Positions 18,400 through 30,500 of a stretch of 64,000 nucleotides of DNA are shown here, piece by piece. This stretch comes from a virus. The position numbers and the translations under genes were made by a program. Below the pieces are notes generated by a model that was given only the letters and a program-made list of their open reading frames with translations, had not been told where the DNA came from and made no database searches. The DNA is taken from IMG/VR virus record IMGVR_UViG_3300029822_000001, positions 58,968 to 122,967 of that record; one strand, 5' to 3'. The stretch's first letter is position 1, and each line of letters starts with the position of its first letter.

Positions 18400-19849
18400 A
18401 ATTGGTCATGATATTCTCTCGCTTACTAGTCGCTTTACTCTGCTTTTGCTTGTACTCTTCTTTAGTGCTATTATACGTGTCGTCTACCAATTGATGATGT
18501 TCTGCCTCCTGCTTATCATCTTCCATGCCATAGCGAAGGTTCTCCTTGTTGAAGGAGAAGTAAAGAAATTTATCTTTAACTAACTCCCGGTCACGCATTT
18601 TATCTAAATAGAGTCTAGCATACCCTTCCTTACGTTCTTCTGCATTAATGTTTAATGTGGCAACAAAGCTACAGATGTTTTGCTTACGATAACTTCCTTC
18701 AACATCGCTAAAACTCATAATTTCTTTGCTATTAGCCCCACGTCCTAATTGAGAACCGGTAATTAATAGTACATCATTTTCTTGAGCAATCTTAGATAGT
18801 CCCTGATAAATAACTTCTCCATCCATAGAGTCGTTACCAGTTTTATGAGCACCTGCCATCAATTCTGGGTAGTCTAATACAACTACATCAATTGTATCGC
18901 CATTAAGCTTACGATTAGCGGAAACAATCATCTGGTTAACATCATCTAATCCACAAGTACCTGGCATTTTTGCAACGTATAATAGATTCTTAGTATCCTC
19001 ATACCGATTATAATTATTATACACTGAACGAAGCCCTTCATTAGTACTATCAAGACCTTTTAAGATGTCCTTTCCACTCATTCCAGACATAATCTTATCA
19101 AAACGTAGCATCTGTTCAGCATCAATTTCTTCCAAAGAAATATGAAGAACATTATATCCTTCTCGTACCATGTTACTAGATAAATTAGTCAGCATTGTCG
19201 TTTTACCATAACCAGATAAAGCAGCAATTAAAGCAATCTTTTTCTTAGCTAAGCCACCTTTTAACACATAGTCCAAATTAGAAAAACCTGTTGGAATCTT
19301 TTTTTCAAATAGCTTCTTGTACAGCTCAATTCGACCAGCAAAGTTTCCAGTGACATCTTCAAATTCATCATTGTTACCCATAAGGTTAATAGATTTAATA
19401 TCATCTAATCGTTTTCCTAAGGTCTCTTCAATGTTCTCTGGCTCTTTACTTACTTCATCATAAATAGCAGCTTCTGATAAGTTCTTCTTAACGTACTTAT
19501 TCAATTCACTTAACATTTCATCAGAAGTATCCTGATTGGTATCATACAAAGAATCAACATAATTGTACCAGTTTGAAAGTTCGGCGTCACTCATAGGGGA
19601 CTCACCATTTTTAACTTTTTGTTGTTCCCTACGTGATAGAGAGTCTTCTAACCGAGACTTCATTACGTCAATAGTCATTAAGTCATTATTACTGTAATAG
19701 TATCGACTAATGATTTTAGAGATAGTTAAAGCGGGGTCTTCAGAGAATAGCTGTAATGGTGCCTTCGAGAAAATTGTTTTGGCTACTACAGGACGATTTA
19801 AGCCACAAATTAATAACTGCTGTTGGATGGTACTATTAGTGTGAATCAC
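18392..19849 (-). CDS. DnaB-like replicative helicase
   Basis: IPTGF..LD, Walker A SGYGKT, SLEE, VVLDY, SQL. Confidence 0.9.
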   Translation of the reverse strand: MIHTNSTIQQQLLICGLNRPVVAKTIFSKAPLQLFSEDPALTISKIISRYYYSNNDLMTIDVMKSRLEDSLSRREQQKVKNGESPMSDAELSNWYNYVDSLYDTNQDTSDEMLSELNKYVKKNLSEAAIYDEVSKEPENIEETLGKRLDDIKSINLMGNNDEFEDVTGNFAGRIELYKKLFEKKIPTGFSNLDYVLKGGLAKKKIALIAALSGYGKTTMLTNLSSNMVREGYNVLHISLEEIDAEQMLRFDKIMSGMSGKDILKGLDSTNEGLRSVYNNYNRYEDTKNLLYVAKMPGTCGLDDVNQMIVSANRKLNGDTIDVVVLDYPELMAGAHKTGNDSMDGEVIYQGLSKIAQENDVLLITGSQLGRGANSKEIMSFSDVEGSYRKQNICSFVATLNINAEERKEGYARLYLDKMRDRELVKDKFLYFSFNKENLRYGMEDDKQEAEHHQLVDDTYNSTKEEYKQKQSKATSKRENIMTNFV

Positions 19850-21150
19850 ATTAAACCTTCTTTCATTTTGTTCAGGTCTGGCAGAATACTGTTATATCGT
19901 AATGGGATAATATCTGGCATATTACTGATGATATCAGAGAATGAATAATACCGATTATCTTGAACCTGCTTGGATAGTGAAATAAAGTCACCTGTTATAC
20001 GCGTATTCATCTTAGTGAATGCCTCTGATTTGTCTGAATCAGATAGTGTATCGGCGTCTTTTTGGCCTACCCAACCAGCAATAACTTCATCAATATTACT
20101 ACTACTTACCATATCTGTCAATGAAGGATTAAATACAGCACTAATTCGAGAGCCCCGACCATTAAAGACAACAGACAAGTACTTAATCAATGAAGTGTAT
20201 AACTTTTTATCATCTTTAAACTGTAACAAAAACTTGTACAAGTACTCATTATCTGGATTGGTTAGAAAAGCTACTTCTTTACTATCTATTTCTGAGGCTG
20301 AATCTACAATGGTACCCCAGTCTTGATGCTCAACACAAATCTTTGTTAACATGTAGTTTAAGGCAGAAATATTAGTATCTCTACCAAACTTAATACTTTG
20401 ATGTCCCTCTGTTGCGTAGTATTTATTCTCATCAAATGCTTTACGGTCATATTCTATCTGGTTATTATAGGCTTGTACTGCTTTCTCACCAAATACTGCA
20501 TTAGGATAAGGAATACTATTACCATTACTTACATGTTGATAGTATCCAAATACTGAAGACATATAGTAAACAGGATTGATTTTATTGTCATAACAAAAAG
20601 TAAATAACTCAGAAAAGGTAATTCTTGATGACTCTAGGTAAAAGGAATCTAAAGCCCTTTGAGAATTATTGTATAATTTGCTGTACCGATTGTATACATC
20701 TGCTAGTAATTTGACATAAAAATCTTGTAATCCTGCTCTATTGTCCTTACGTACCTTTTGAAAAGCAGATAATTGATAGTGATTCTCCTGTAGATACTGG
20801 TCTGCTCTACTCTTTGATGAACGACTCTTTAACTCTTCTGGTAAAGAAAACTTACTTACCTTTACTTTTTTAGGAACTCTCTTAGGAGATTTTTCTTTAG
20901 GTGTGTTGTCAAACTTGTGATAGTCACCTGCAAAAGATATAATAACTCCACCAGAGCGTCCTCGCTTGGATTCTACACTAATTCTACCTTCTGCTGCTAA
21001 TTCTTTGATAATTCTTGTTGTTTGCCTTACTGACTTTTCAATCTTACTTGCTATATCTGTGTATGTAGCTTTTACGCTACCGCCTTCTAAGCCTAGATAT
21101 AGGTACAGTTTTTCCAATACCGTCTGCTGTTTAATAATAGCTGCATCCAT
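19846..21150 (-). CDS. Rep-like protein with N-terminal winged HTH
   Basis: TYTDIAS...SVRQ...L...G.I...RGRSGG; position before DnaB as in Twort-like phages. Confidence 0.65.
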   Translation of the reverse strand: MDAAIIKQQTVLEKLYLYLGLEGGSVKATYTDIASKIEKSVRQTTRIIKELAAEGRISVESKRGRSGGVIISFAGDYHKFDNTPKEKSPKRVPKKVKVSKFSLPEELKSRSSKSRADQYLQENHYQLSAFQKVRKDNRAGLQDFYVKLLADVYNRYSKLYNNSQRALDSFYLESSRITFSELFTFCYDNKINPVYYMSSVFGYYQHVSNGNSIPYPNAVFGEKAVQAYNNQIEYDRKAFDENKYYATEGHQSIKFGRDTNISALNYMLTKICVEHQDWGTIVDSASEIDSKEVAFLTNPDNEYLYKFLLQFKDDKKLYTSLIKYLSVVFNGRGSRISAVFNPSLTDMVSSSNIDEVIAGWVGQKDADTLSDSDKSEAFTKMNTRITGDFISLSKQVQDNRYYSFSDIISNMPDIIPLRYNSILPDLNKMKEGLM

Positions 21151-21184
21151 CTAGTCAATCCCCCTCTTTTTATTTTCTGTAATA

Positions 21185-21213
21185 AGTATACCACAGTCTA
21201 ATTTAAAACGCAA
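21185..21213 (-). promoter_or_regulatory. promoter of the replication module
   Basis: TTGCGT-17nt-TATACT with TGTG extension. Confidence 0.55.
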
Positions 21214-21247
21214 AAAAAGGTAGATTACAGATTAGTGTAATCTACCT
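21212..21247 (-). terminator. intrinsic terminator after lysis cassette
   Basis: AGGTAGATTACA/TGTAATCTACCT stem then T-run. Confidence 0.8.
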
Positions 21248-21274
21248 ACGACATATGAGGGTTTAATTAAATAT

Positions 21275-22624
21275 CTACTTGATTAGCAAGCGCTGGCCTG
21301 GATAGATAGTACTATTTGTACTTAGACCATTTTTACTTGCCAAACCATTCATGGATACATGGTACTTTTGACTGATTGACCAGAAGGAATCCCCTGAATG
21401 AATAGTATAATACGTATGCTTAGTCGTCTTTTTGGCAGAAGAGTTCTTAGCATTAGTATTACTTACCATCTTTACAAAGTTTTTGTTTGCCGTAAACGTT
21501 GTTGTATGTCCCTTGTGTATAAACTTCGGAACACCATTACGAGTAGTATAGCCACTTACCTTAAGAATAGCACCCTTTTTATAGGTGTTAACTTTTTTAT
21601 TGCCTAGATAAGTTGCAATACCCTTCTTGTTAATTACCTTGACCGCTTTAACTTTGGATGATGAGTAGTAGGCAGTTAAATGTTCGGCAAGCATCCATCC
21701 CATTGGTTGTCCTTTATAGTACAAAAGAACTTCTTGGTTTGAGTGCCCCTTAGTAACTGCTTTAACTTGCTTAATAGTATAATTTTGGTGTAGTACAGTA
21801 CTATCCACCTTAGAATTTTTACTATTTCCTTCATCCCATGAAGCTACTCCAGAGTTAATTCTAACCTTTTCACCTGCAAAGAGTCCACCAGAATAGTACT
21901 TACTTGTACTACTAGTCCTTGCACTCTTATTACCAATCCACCAACTTACAGGATGTACACTAGTAATAATCTTAGAGTGGTCTACTGATAAGCCTAGGCT
22001 ACGACTATAGTAATTATCTTTATCCTGCCATAATGCATAATTATATGGTGATGGTCGATAAGAACTATATCCTGCAAGCCAATAGGCATCATAACTCTTA
22101 TAAGCTGTTGGTGCATAGGTTTGTTGAAAATTGCGGTAACTATAAAATACAACAGGCTTTTTGGTTAACTTCTTCATTTCTGTGTACCATGCTTTAGTAG
22201 CTGCATTAGGACTACCAGATAGTACTGAGTTAACTTCAAAGTCATTTACATAAAACTTTGCATTAGGAGCCCTGTTATATAGCACTCTAGCTTCATTCTT
22301 AGCGTCGCTTACAGAAACGTAACGACTGAAGGAGTAAGCACCATAAGGTACTCCATATTTAGATAGTAAAGATGCATTATGTTTAAAGGTTGCATCTTCT
22401 CGTGCGGAACCATACTGTACCCGCAAAATCATAAAGGAAGTTTCTCCTTTAAGTGCTTTTGCTTGGCTATCTGTAAAGTATCCTTGCCATTCAGAGGTAT
22501 CCAAAACTGGTTTAACGACAGTAGAGGCATTAGCTTTTGACTGTCCTACTAGAAACAGTCCTAATAGTACTCCTAAGATAGCGAGTAGTAAAACGTATCC
22601 GGTATTTTTCCAGCTTTTATTCAA
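21275..22624 (-). CDS. endolysin: signal peptide, GH25 muramidase, cell-wall-binding domains with C-terminal LysM
   Basis: Hydrophobic N-terminus ending ANA; LDTSEWQG, NDFE, YWLAGY, LWQ; YTIHSGDSFWSIS...IYPGQRL. Confidence 0.92.
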   Translation of the reverse strand: MNKSWKNTGYVLLLAILGVLLGLFLVGQSKANASTVVKPVLDTSEWQGYFTDSQAKALKGETSFMILRVQYGSAREDATFKHNASLLSKYGVPYGAYSFSRYVSVSDAKNEARVLYNRAPNAKFYVNDFEVNSVLSGSPNAATKAWYTEMKKLTKKPVVFYSYRNFQQTYAPTAYKSYDAYWLAGYSSYRPSPYNYALWQDKDNYYSRSLGLSVDHSKIITSVHPVSWWIGNKSARTSSTSKYYSGGLFAGEKVRINSGVASWDEGNSKNSKVDSTVLHQNYTIKQVKAVTKGHSNQEVLLYYKGQPMGWMLAEHLTAYYSSSKVKAVKVINKKGIATYLGNKKVNTYKKGAILKVSGYTTRNGVPKFIHKGHTTTFTANKNFVKMVSNTNAKNSSAKKTTKHTYYTIHSGDSFWSISQKYHVSMNGLASKNGLSTNSTIYPGQRLLIK

Positions 22625-22645
22625 TTGATAAACCCCCGTGTAAAA

Positions 22646-23209
22646 CTAGTTACTTTTTGTAGTATTTGTATCTGTTGCTACAGGTTGTACCTGTGAAGCA
22701 GCACTTGGTTCTGATGAAACTGCTGGGGTTGCTGAAGCAATAGCTTTTTGAACCGCTTCATTAATTGCCTGAGCTTTAGCAACTTGAGCTTTAGCATCTG
22801 CCAACTTTTCGTCTGCTTGTACCAACTTTTCGTCAGTAGCTTTAGAAGCACTTTTACCATAAGTACTATCCAAAGTATCCTTAAGAGTAGCCCAAGCGTG
22901 TTCAACAGCGTTAGCAATAGTTGCTTGGTCCGCAGTGGAAAATCCAAGGTTGGTTAAAGACTTAGCTGCAATTTCGTTAGCAAAGTCACGTTCCTTGGCA
23001 CCGGTCCAACCATTTAAAGCGCCTTGTTTCTCAGCAACTGTAACCGCATCCTTGGCAATTGGAGCTAAAGCTTCTACTAGAGACACCGCCTTATTGACCT
23101 TAACTGCATTCTTAGAAGTATCCGTAGCTAACTTACCTACGTAACCAACTACAATAACTAATAGTGCATTAATGACTGAAACAACAATAGTAGTAATCGT
23201 ATCTTGCAA
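22646..23209 (-). CDS. holin (LL-H family-like)
   Basis: Single N-terminal TM, AV..AE.Q...G..K, I.NAVE.A; adjacent to endolysin. Confidence 0.75.
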   Translation of the reverse strand: MQDTITTIVVSVINALLVIVVGYVGKLATDTSKNAVKVNKAVSLVEALAPIAKDAVTVAEKQGALNGWTGAKERDFANEIAAKSLTNLGFSTADQATIANAVEHAWATLKDTLDSTYGKSASKATDEKLVQADEKLADAKAQVAKAQAINEAVQKAIASATPAVSSEPSAASQVQPVATDTNTTKSN

Positions 23210-23273
23210 GATATATACCTTCTTTCTTTTTCATATGTAATATAAGGAGATTTCGCTCTCCTATATTTATTTG

Positions 23274-26200
23274 TTATTGCTGTGACAAAATTGAAACTAA
23301 CTGTGCCGCTCGGGGAAGTACATACTGAGATGGAGCAGACATTGCAATCTTGTACTTAACTTGTGTAGCCAAGTGGTTAACATCAGTTGCTGTAGGTACC
23401 GTTGCATTATAAACATAACGATTCATTAATGCGGATATTGGTTGGACACTCTCTGGAACAGCTTCACTCTTACCGTCAGTACTGAAAGTATACCAGGTAC
23501 TCCCCCCGTCAGTACTGTAGTAAGGAACTACTGAAGAACCTGATGGTATATAGGCGTCATACTGTAAGTTAACATGGTTATACGCCGCAGTACCTTGTTC
23601 AGCAAGACCTATACTGATATAGTTACCCTTTGTGTCATTTAAGATACCTGCAAGAGTTAAACAAGAAAGTGCCAGCTTTGGTGAGACGTACTCCGTGGCT
23701 GTTATTTTAGCCATTAATTGTATCTGTCTTGTGTCACTTAAGAAAGTTATCTCGTCAGCATAAGGATTACCATTATCACTAAGAACAGTTGAGTTAGAAT
23801 TCCCATTGATGGCATTAATGGCTTCCCAAGGCTTAGATTCAATAGATGCATCAACATCGTCAGTGTTAGACACGTACCGAATGTACCAACTCATGTTAGT
23901 ATTATCTGGTGTTAAATAGGCAGTTAATAAAGCAAGTCGATTAATACTTACTGGTGACAAGCTAGTATCTCCATCAGTAAATGATTGGTTTTTAAGTGTT
24001 AATGGAGTAAAGGCAATATTTGATGATTCTGAGAATCTTGCCGTATAAATATTGTACTTCAAAGAAGAGGATGGGTCTACTAGCCAACTCTGTGAATTAG
24101 ATGAAGTAAATAAGTTACCATTGTCTGAAGGCCTACCAAGTAATTTAGTATCACTACCAACGATAGTCTCCCCTTTGGTAGCCTTAAATAAGAAATAGTC
24201 ATCCGAGTCTGTAACAAGTACTATACAGTAAGCTTGATTAGCATCAAGTTGTACAATATCATTAAAGTAAATGCGAGTTTCCAGTGATGCATCTTTACTT
24301 ACATTAATGTTATCTGGACTTAAAGTAGTATGTGCTACAATTGTATTTCCTGGAGTTTGACCATCATCACTTAATTTACGAATTTGAACCTCTAATTGTG
24401 GATGTGCCTTTCCAGCAGTACTATCATTACCTGAGTTACTGTTTGGTGTACGATTGAAGTATAAGCCAATGCTTGTTAAGAATCGTAAGTCATTGTAGGT
24501 GAAGCTCTGTGCTACAGGGTCGTAAACATCTAGTGTAACTTGTTGTACATTAACAACAGAAGTAACTGTTTCCTGGGTACCATAAGCTGTATACGTTGTA
24601 GAAGCCACTGAAGTATCATTATATACCTTAATCGTTCTAGTACCACACTTAATTCCACTAGGAATAATAAAAGTTCCTTTAACGTTACCTTCACCATCAG
24701 CTTTAAAAGTATTAGCAGTTGTTCCCTTATAAAGGTCACTGCTTGGTGTTGGATTAAGGACAGGTTTTCCATCAATAGTTACCTGTAAGTTATCCTCATT
24801 AGGCAAGAAGTTTGAAGCATTTAGCGTGATACTACGACTGCGCATGTACTCTTCAGCAGAGCTTAGGGAACTAGAACCACCACTAGACGTGATAGTACCT
24901 GTTCTCTCATGCTTATTAGCCTGATTCCATGAGCCACCGTTAGACAACGTAACATTACTTGTAACGTAAGAAGTATCCCCGGTCATCCTGCCCCTATGGT
25001 CCCAGTAACGGTCAACATGATAGGTTACAGGAGATGACGAATAGTTATAAGATACTACATTTTGATAATCAATCCAGTTATCAGAAGATGGGTTAACAGT
25101 TAAGCTACCAACAATGGTATATGCATCATATGGATTGACATTAATAGCACCGGTAGCTACATTTTGAGAAATATCTGCAACTTCTGTGTAGGAGCTAGTA
25201 ATAAACTGTCCCGTTTGCTCCGCTGTAGTAGAGCTAGGGTCAATGTCTGGTGTAATTGCCATAGATGATTTAATTTTAGGTGTTACTTCTCCTCGCTGTA
25301 AATCGTAACCAACAGTGAACTCTGGATTGCTCGTATCACCCCGTAGTGGCGTGTTGAAGGCATCTGAGAAGACGTCCTTATAAGTTAATGGGTCAACTGA
25401 TGAAGAGGCGTCAGACTCCATATTTGACAACGCTGAGTTATACTCAAGAACACTAATTCTATCCTGTTGCTTTTGTAATTCACTAAATGGAATATTCTTA
25501 ACCGTTTGTGATACAAAAATAGCATTAGTGGAGTCAGGGTAAATAATAATGTACCCTAGTTCCAAACTATAAGGGTCATTCATAGAAGGAGGTGTAGCAG
25601 TAGAAAGAGGTGCAGGGGTACCTTCAATAACATTAAAAGGAGAAGTATCCGAACTCGTTACATTTTTAATAGTTACCATATCAATTCTTGCATAGAAGAA
25701 TGAATAGTCAACATTTACTAATGAACCAGAAATCGGCTTAACTCCAGACATACCATCAAAAACAATGCTAGTTGCATTAGTACTACTATCAACTACTAAC
25801 TTATAGTCAGTACCCTCAATAAGAACATTAGTTGAATTATACACAACAACATAGCTAGAGTTTGATGAAGGAACATTAGCCTTAGGTAATGAATTACCTT
25901 CAGCATCTCGTCCCCAAGTAATTACATTCTGACTATAAGAAAAATCTGTTCCCTGTACATATGTTGTATCTCCTTGTTTAACAGAAACTACTTGGTAAAC
26001 TTCTGGGTTTGTTGAAAAAGTATCTGTGATACCTGAAGAACTTCTTGTAACGCTAGAATTAGTATTTTGTACAGATGCCACAATTTTATTTATCTTCTGC
26101 ACTGGTTGGTTAGACAACTTGTACCTGGAACTGTACAAATATTGCTCAGAGGTACTGTTTGAAGAATCCGTAGCCTTATCTATGGACACTGGAATAGTTT

Positions 26201-27491
26201 CACTAGTAACCACTTGGTATCCATTAACATATGCTGTACCTGCATCTACCTTTAGAAGTAACTTAGAACTATCTAAAGTGTCAGGAACAACACTAGCATT
26301 GAATCCAGAAACCACATAAGAACCAGATTCATCAGCAGTACGCTTAGCTAGTATCTGATTAATCACTGTATAATCAGGTTTGCTAGAACTTATATTTAAC
26401 TTGTTATTACTGAAGGTAAATAACGTAACCGCATCTGGGTCATTGTAAGTTAAATTTACCGTGTACTTCTTTCTATCTGCTCCTTCTTCTCCAAAAGTTG
26501 TAGAGTTCTCTGCAGCGCTTGTATGGTCCAATAAGTCAGGGTCTTGTAAGTAAGTCACCTTTTCAGTATCTAAAGTAACCCCAATGCTTTCTGTTCCTAC
26601 TCCTGTAATAGAGATGTCCTGACCTGAAAATTCTCTAACTGCTCCTTGAAGCCATATTTGACCAGATTTTACAGTATAGTTTTTACTCCGTGTCTCCGAG
26701 TTAGGAGTTGTATCATCCGCAGTGTTTAATACCCAGTCAGTAGCATCATATCCATCTTCTACTTTTAGTTCATTCAAGTTTAACTTAATGGCTCCGCCAG
26801 CAACTGCATCGTATCCTGAGTTTAAGATAACTTGAAAAGTACTAGTCCCTGTTACATTTGTGTCCAAAGACAATGTTACTTGGTGAGAAACACCATCATC
26901 TAAGTTAATGATATTTCCATTAACATCAACCAATGGAGTACCAGTAGTATCTGTAGGGCTAGTTGCTACTTCTACCCCATCAATCTCAAAGGTCTTAACA
27001 GCTAACTTGTCACTATCTAAAGAGAAATTAAGCTTATGAATAGTCCCAGCTACTTTAGTAAGCATAAAACTAACAGTAGTCCCTACCCCTTTATTAGTGA
27101 TACCTTTAAATTGTATACCCGGATAGTCTGTTGTTAAGTTAGCTTCAGTAGTAATAGGTAAACTACCATCTGAAGTATATGAGGTTGTATCAATTCGGTC
27201 ATTAATCGCCATAAGAGTGGCTAAACTAAAGTTGTTAGCGTTAATGCCATCAGGTAAAGGAACAGTACCACTACCTGTTGCATTAGGTACCACGTCCATG
27301 CCAGAGATAATAGCACCTTCTTGGAAAATAGTGTCTCCAATTAGTTGCATCTGATGGTCTTGCATAGATTGCATCTCTAGCATTTCCCAATTAAAAGCAC
27401 TTTTACCAGGCTTAAACAATATTTCACTATATCTTTTTGATGCCTCATAGGGGTTATTGTATGGTGATGTACTATCATCAAATGTGCTCAA
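23274..27491 (-). CDS. large adsorption/baseplate tail protein (DUF4815-like), paralog B
   Basis: PYNNPY...ILFKPG...EMLEMQS, LAKRTADESGSY, DPVAQSF; TTG 27491 start aligns with paralog A. Confidence 0.8.
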   Translation of the reverse strand: MSTFDDSTSPYNNPYEASKRYSEILFKPGKSAFNWEMLEMQSMQDHQMQLIGDTIFQEGAIISGMDVVPNATGSGTVPLPDGINANNFSLATLMAINDRIDTTSYTSDGSLPITTEANLTTDYPGIQFKGITNKGVGTTVSFMLTKVAGTIHKLNFSLDSDKLAVKTFEIDGVEVATSPTDTTGTPLVDVNGNIINLDDGVSHQVTLSLDTNVTGTSTFQVILNSGYDAVAGGAIKLNLNELKVEDGYDATDWVLNTADDTTPNSETRSKNYTVKSGQIWLQGAVREFSGQDISITGVGTESIGVTLDTEKVTYLQDPDLLDHTSAAENSTTFGEEGADRKKYTVNLTYNDPDAVTLFTFSNNKLNISSSKPDYTVINQILAKRTADESGSYVVSGFNASVVPDTLDSSKLLLKVDAGTAYVNGYQVVTSETIPVSIDKATDSSNSTSEQYLYSSRYKLSNQPVQKINKIVASVQNTNSSVTRSSSGITDTFSTNPEVYQVVSVKQGDTTYVQGTDFSYSQNVITWGRDAEGNSLPKANVPSSNSSYVVVYNSTNVLIEGTDYKLVVDSSTNATSIVFDGMSGVKPISGSLVNVDYSFFYARIDMVTIKNVTSSDTSPFNVIEGTPAPLSTATPPSMNDPYSLELGYIIIYPDSTNAIFVSQTVKNIPFSELQKQQDRISVLEYNSALSNMESDASSSVDPLTYKDVFSDAFNTPLRGDTSNPEFTVGYDLQRGEVTPKIKSSMAITPDIDPSSTTAEQTGQFITSSYTEVADISQNVATGAINVNPYDAYTIVGSLTVNPSSDNWIDYQNVVSYNYSSSPVTYHVDRYWDHRGRMTGDTSYVTSNVTLSNGGSWNQANKHERTGTITSSGGSSSLSSAEEYMRSRSITLNASNFLPNEDNLQVTIDGKPVLNPTPSSDLYKGTTANTFKADGEGNVKGTFIIPSGIKCGTRTIKVYNDTSVASTTYTAYGTQETVTSVVNVQQVTLDVYDPVAQSFTYNDLRFLTSIGLYFNRTPNSNSGNDSTAGKAHPQLEVQIRKLSDDGQTPGNTIVAHTTLSPDNINVSKDASLETRIYFNDIVQLDANQAYCIVLVTDSDDYFLFKATKGETIVGSDTKLLGRPSDNGNLFTSSNSQSWLVDPSSSLKYNIYTARFSESSNIAFTPLTLKNQSFTDGDTSLSPVSINRLALLTAYLTPDNTNMSWYIRYVSNTDDVDASIESKPWEAINAINGNSNSTVLSDNGNPYADEITFLSDTRQIQLMAKITATEYVSPKLALSCLTLAGILNDTKGNYISIGLAEQGTAAYNHVNLQYDAYIPSGSSVVPYYSTDGGSTWYTFSTDGKSEAVPESVQPISALMNRYVYNATVPTATDVNHLATQVKYKIAMSAPSQYVLPRAAQLVSILSQQ

Positions 27492-27561
27492 TTTCTCAGC
27501 TTCTTTCTTTTTTTTTAGCATACAATTTGTATGTATCCCCCTTATAGTAGGGGGAGTTAAA

Positions 27562-30500
27562 CTATTCGTTAGTAAGAACAACCGTAAAGGAACCTGCTTG
27601 TGGCTTATGATACTGGTCTGGTCCTTTAATGCTTACTTTGTACTTAACCTGTGTAGCTAAGGAGCTACCAGGAACCTTACCAACAAAGGTATATTTATTA
27701 TCCATAGGATTTACTGCTTTAATACTCGTAGGTACACTAGGGGAAGTACCATTATTACTGAAAGTATTCCAAGTGCTACCACCATCAATACTATACTGTA
27801 AATCAATAGTTCCTGAAGTTGGTACATGAGCATTGATTTGAGCTTTCAAAGTATTAAAGGCAGCATCATCACTTTCATCTACATTCTCTGATAGGTAGGT
27901 TGCAGAAGTATTATCCACAATACCAACTAAATGTAAAGCGTCCAAAGATATCTTTGGAGACACATTAGAAGTTGCTGACATCTTTGCCATTAACTGAACT
28001 TGACGAACGTTACCTTCAAAGTTTAGTTGACCTCTATATGGAGAGTTACCAGACTCATTAATAGAGCTAGTAGATACCCCGTTTACAGCATTCATTGGTA
28101 ACCAGTTACGGTCAGATAACTTAGCTGAAGCATCATCACTACTCATTAAGTAACGAACGTACCAGTCAATATTAGTGTTACCTGCAGTTGTGTATGCAGT
28201 CAATAAAGCCATTCGATTAATCTGGTCTGGTGTAATGGTAGTATCTCCATCAGTGAAAGATAGATTACTTAAAGTATTAGGAGTAAATACTAGTGACGCC
28301 TCAGTGTTGAATGACGCAGTATATACATTATACTTCAAAGAAGAAGATGGGTCATCTACCCAACTTTGTGCATTGGAAGAAGTAAATAAGTTACCATTAT
28401 CTGACGGTCTGCCTGTAAGATACGTACTTTCATCGCCCAACAAATGCTTACCTTTAGTAGCCTTGTATAACCAGTAGTTATCAGAGTCAGTTACAACTAC
28501 AAAACAGTAACCTTGGTTAGCATTCAAAGGAATTATATCGTCAAAGTAAACTCTAGTTTCTGCTGAAGCATCATTACTGGTTTTAATGGTGTCAGAGGCA
28601 ATAGTAGCAGTTCCTAGAACTTCATTACTTGGTCCGCTACCATCTGAGTTAAGAGTTCTAACTTGTACCGAAATAGATGGATGAGCAGTAACATTATTAG
28701 TACTTGGTGTTCTGTAGAAGTACATACCAATACTAGTAAGGTACTTATTATCTGATAGTGTAAAACTCTGAGCTACTGGGTCATACAAATAAACGGTAAC
28801 AGCTACTTTGTTAACTATCTTCTGAACATCCTCTGTAGTTCCATAAGCAGTGTATGAAGTAAATGCCATATTGTCCCCATTAGCAACTTTAACGTTACGA
28901 GAACCACATTGAATACCAATAGGAATCTTAAAAGTACCTTTAACTTCTCCATTAGAGTCTGCCTTAAAAGTACCTTCTTGTGTTCCTTGATAAGAAGATG
29001 ATGCTGCTTTAGGTGTATCTACTGGTACATCATCAATAGTTACCTGTAAATTATCTGCATCTGGTAAAAGATTTGTTGCATCAAAAGTTACTTCCGTTTG
29101 TCGCATAAACTGAATAGCACTGTTGACTGTTTTAGAACCAATCTCTTTAGTTGTATCAATGGTGTACTTTCCCCAAGCATCAGAGCGTTCATAATCCCAG
29201 TAATGATTAAAGTTACCAACCATTTCTGCGTTAGTAGCATCAAAATCACCGTAAGATAAATGGGCATTATCAATATTAAGACCTAATGAGTTTAGATAAT
29301 CAGAAGCATTGTAAGTTCCAATAGTAGATACAGACTTCTGTACCTTCTTATTATAGATAGTAGTGTGCTGTTGGTCAACCCAGTTATCTACCGCTGGAGA
29401 TAGAGACAAAGAGCCATTAATAGAATAAACATCATAAGGATTAACATTGATAGTATCTGTAACAGAAGTTTGAGATATTGTGTTGGTCTCGGTATAGTTG
29501 GCTGTTACAAAAGAACCAGTAGTTCTTGTGGTACTAGAGGTACTATCAATAGTAGGAGTATATGATATGGAAGACCTAATAGACGGAACAATGTATCCAT
29601 CAGAAAAATCATAAGCCGCTGTAAAGTCCTTATTAGAAGTATCAGCAACGTCCAGACTAACAAAGTTATCTGCAAAAACATCCTTGTAAGTTAAAGGATT
29701 AACAGTACTCGTAGCCGCTTGAGTAGCACTTGAAATAGCCGAATTATACTGCAAATTATCCACTTGAGTTGCTCGTTTTTGTAACTCACTAAATGGCATG
29801 TTCTTAACAGTATCCATAACAAATATTGCTTTATCTGAGTTAGGTAAGATGGTAACATAACCTAGTTCCAAACTGTAAGCATCATCTAATACAGGAGGCT
29901 TAACCGAACTTAAGCTGTTAGGACTACCTTTAATAACAGTAAAAGGATTATTGTCGGAACTCGATGGGTTCTTAATAGTAATCATATCCATTCTTGCATA
30001 GAAGAATGAATAGTCAACATTTACTAGAGAGTTAGAAATAGGGGTTAATCCAGACATACCTGTAAAACTGATAGAGGTATTCTGATTATCATCAATCACT
30101 AACTTATAATCAGTACCTTCAGTTAACACAGCCGTATAATTATAAACAACAATGTAACTAGACCCAGCTGATGGCACTTTTGCACCATTAAGGGAGTTAC
30201 CGTTAGAATCGCGTCCCCAGGTAATCACATTAGCAGAATAACTAAAGTCGGTCCCTTGTGTATAAGTAGTACTTCCTTGTACAACAGATACAATCTGATA
30301 TACTTCAGTAGTACTTGCAAAGGTATCTGTAATACCAGAAGAACTTCGTACAACATTCTGGTTTTTCCCTTGGACAGAGGCAACTACTTTGTTAACTTGC
30401 TGTACTGGCTGGTTAACTAGCTGGTAACTTGGCTGATAGACATATTGTTCAGAAGTACTACCAGAAGAAGTTACTGACTTGTCTAATGAAACTGGAGTCG

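Noticed and set aside
27492-27581. Frameshift fusion of the two adsorption paralogs through the open overlap and A-run
   Set aside because: Paralog B has its own aligned TTG start with a purine-rich RBS; no convincing slippery site in the overlap
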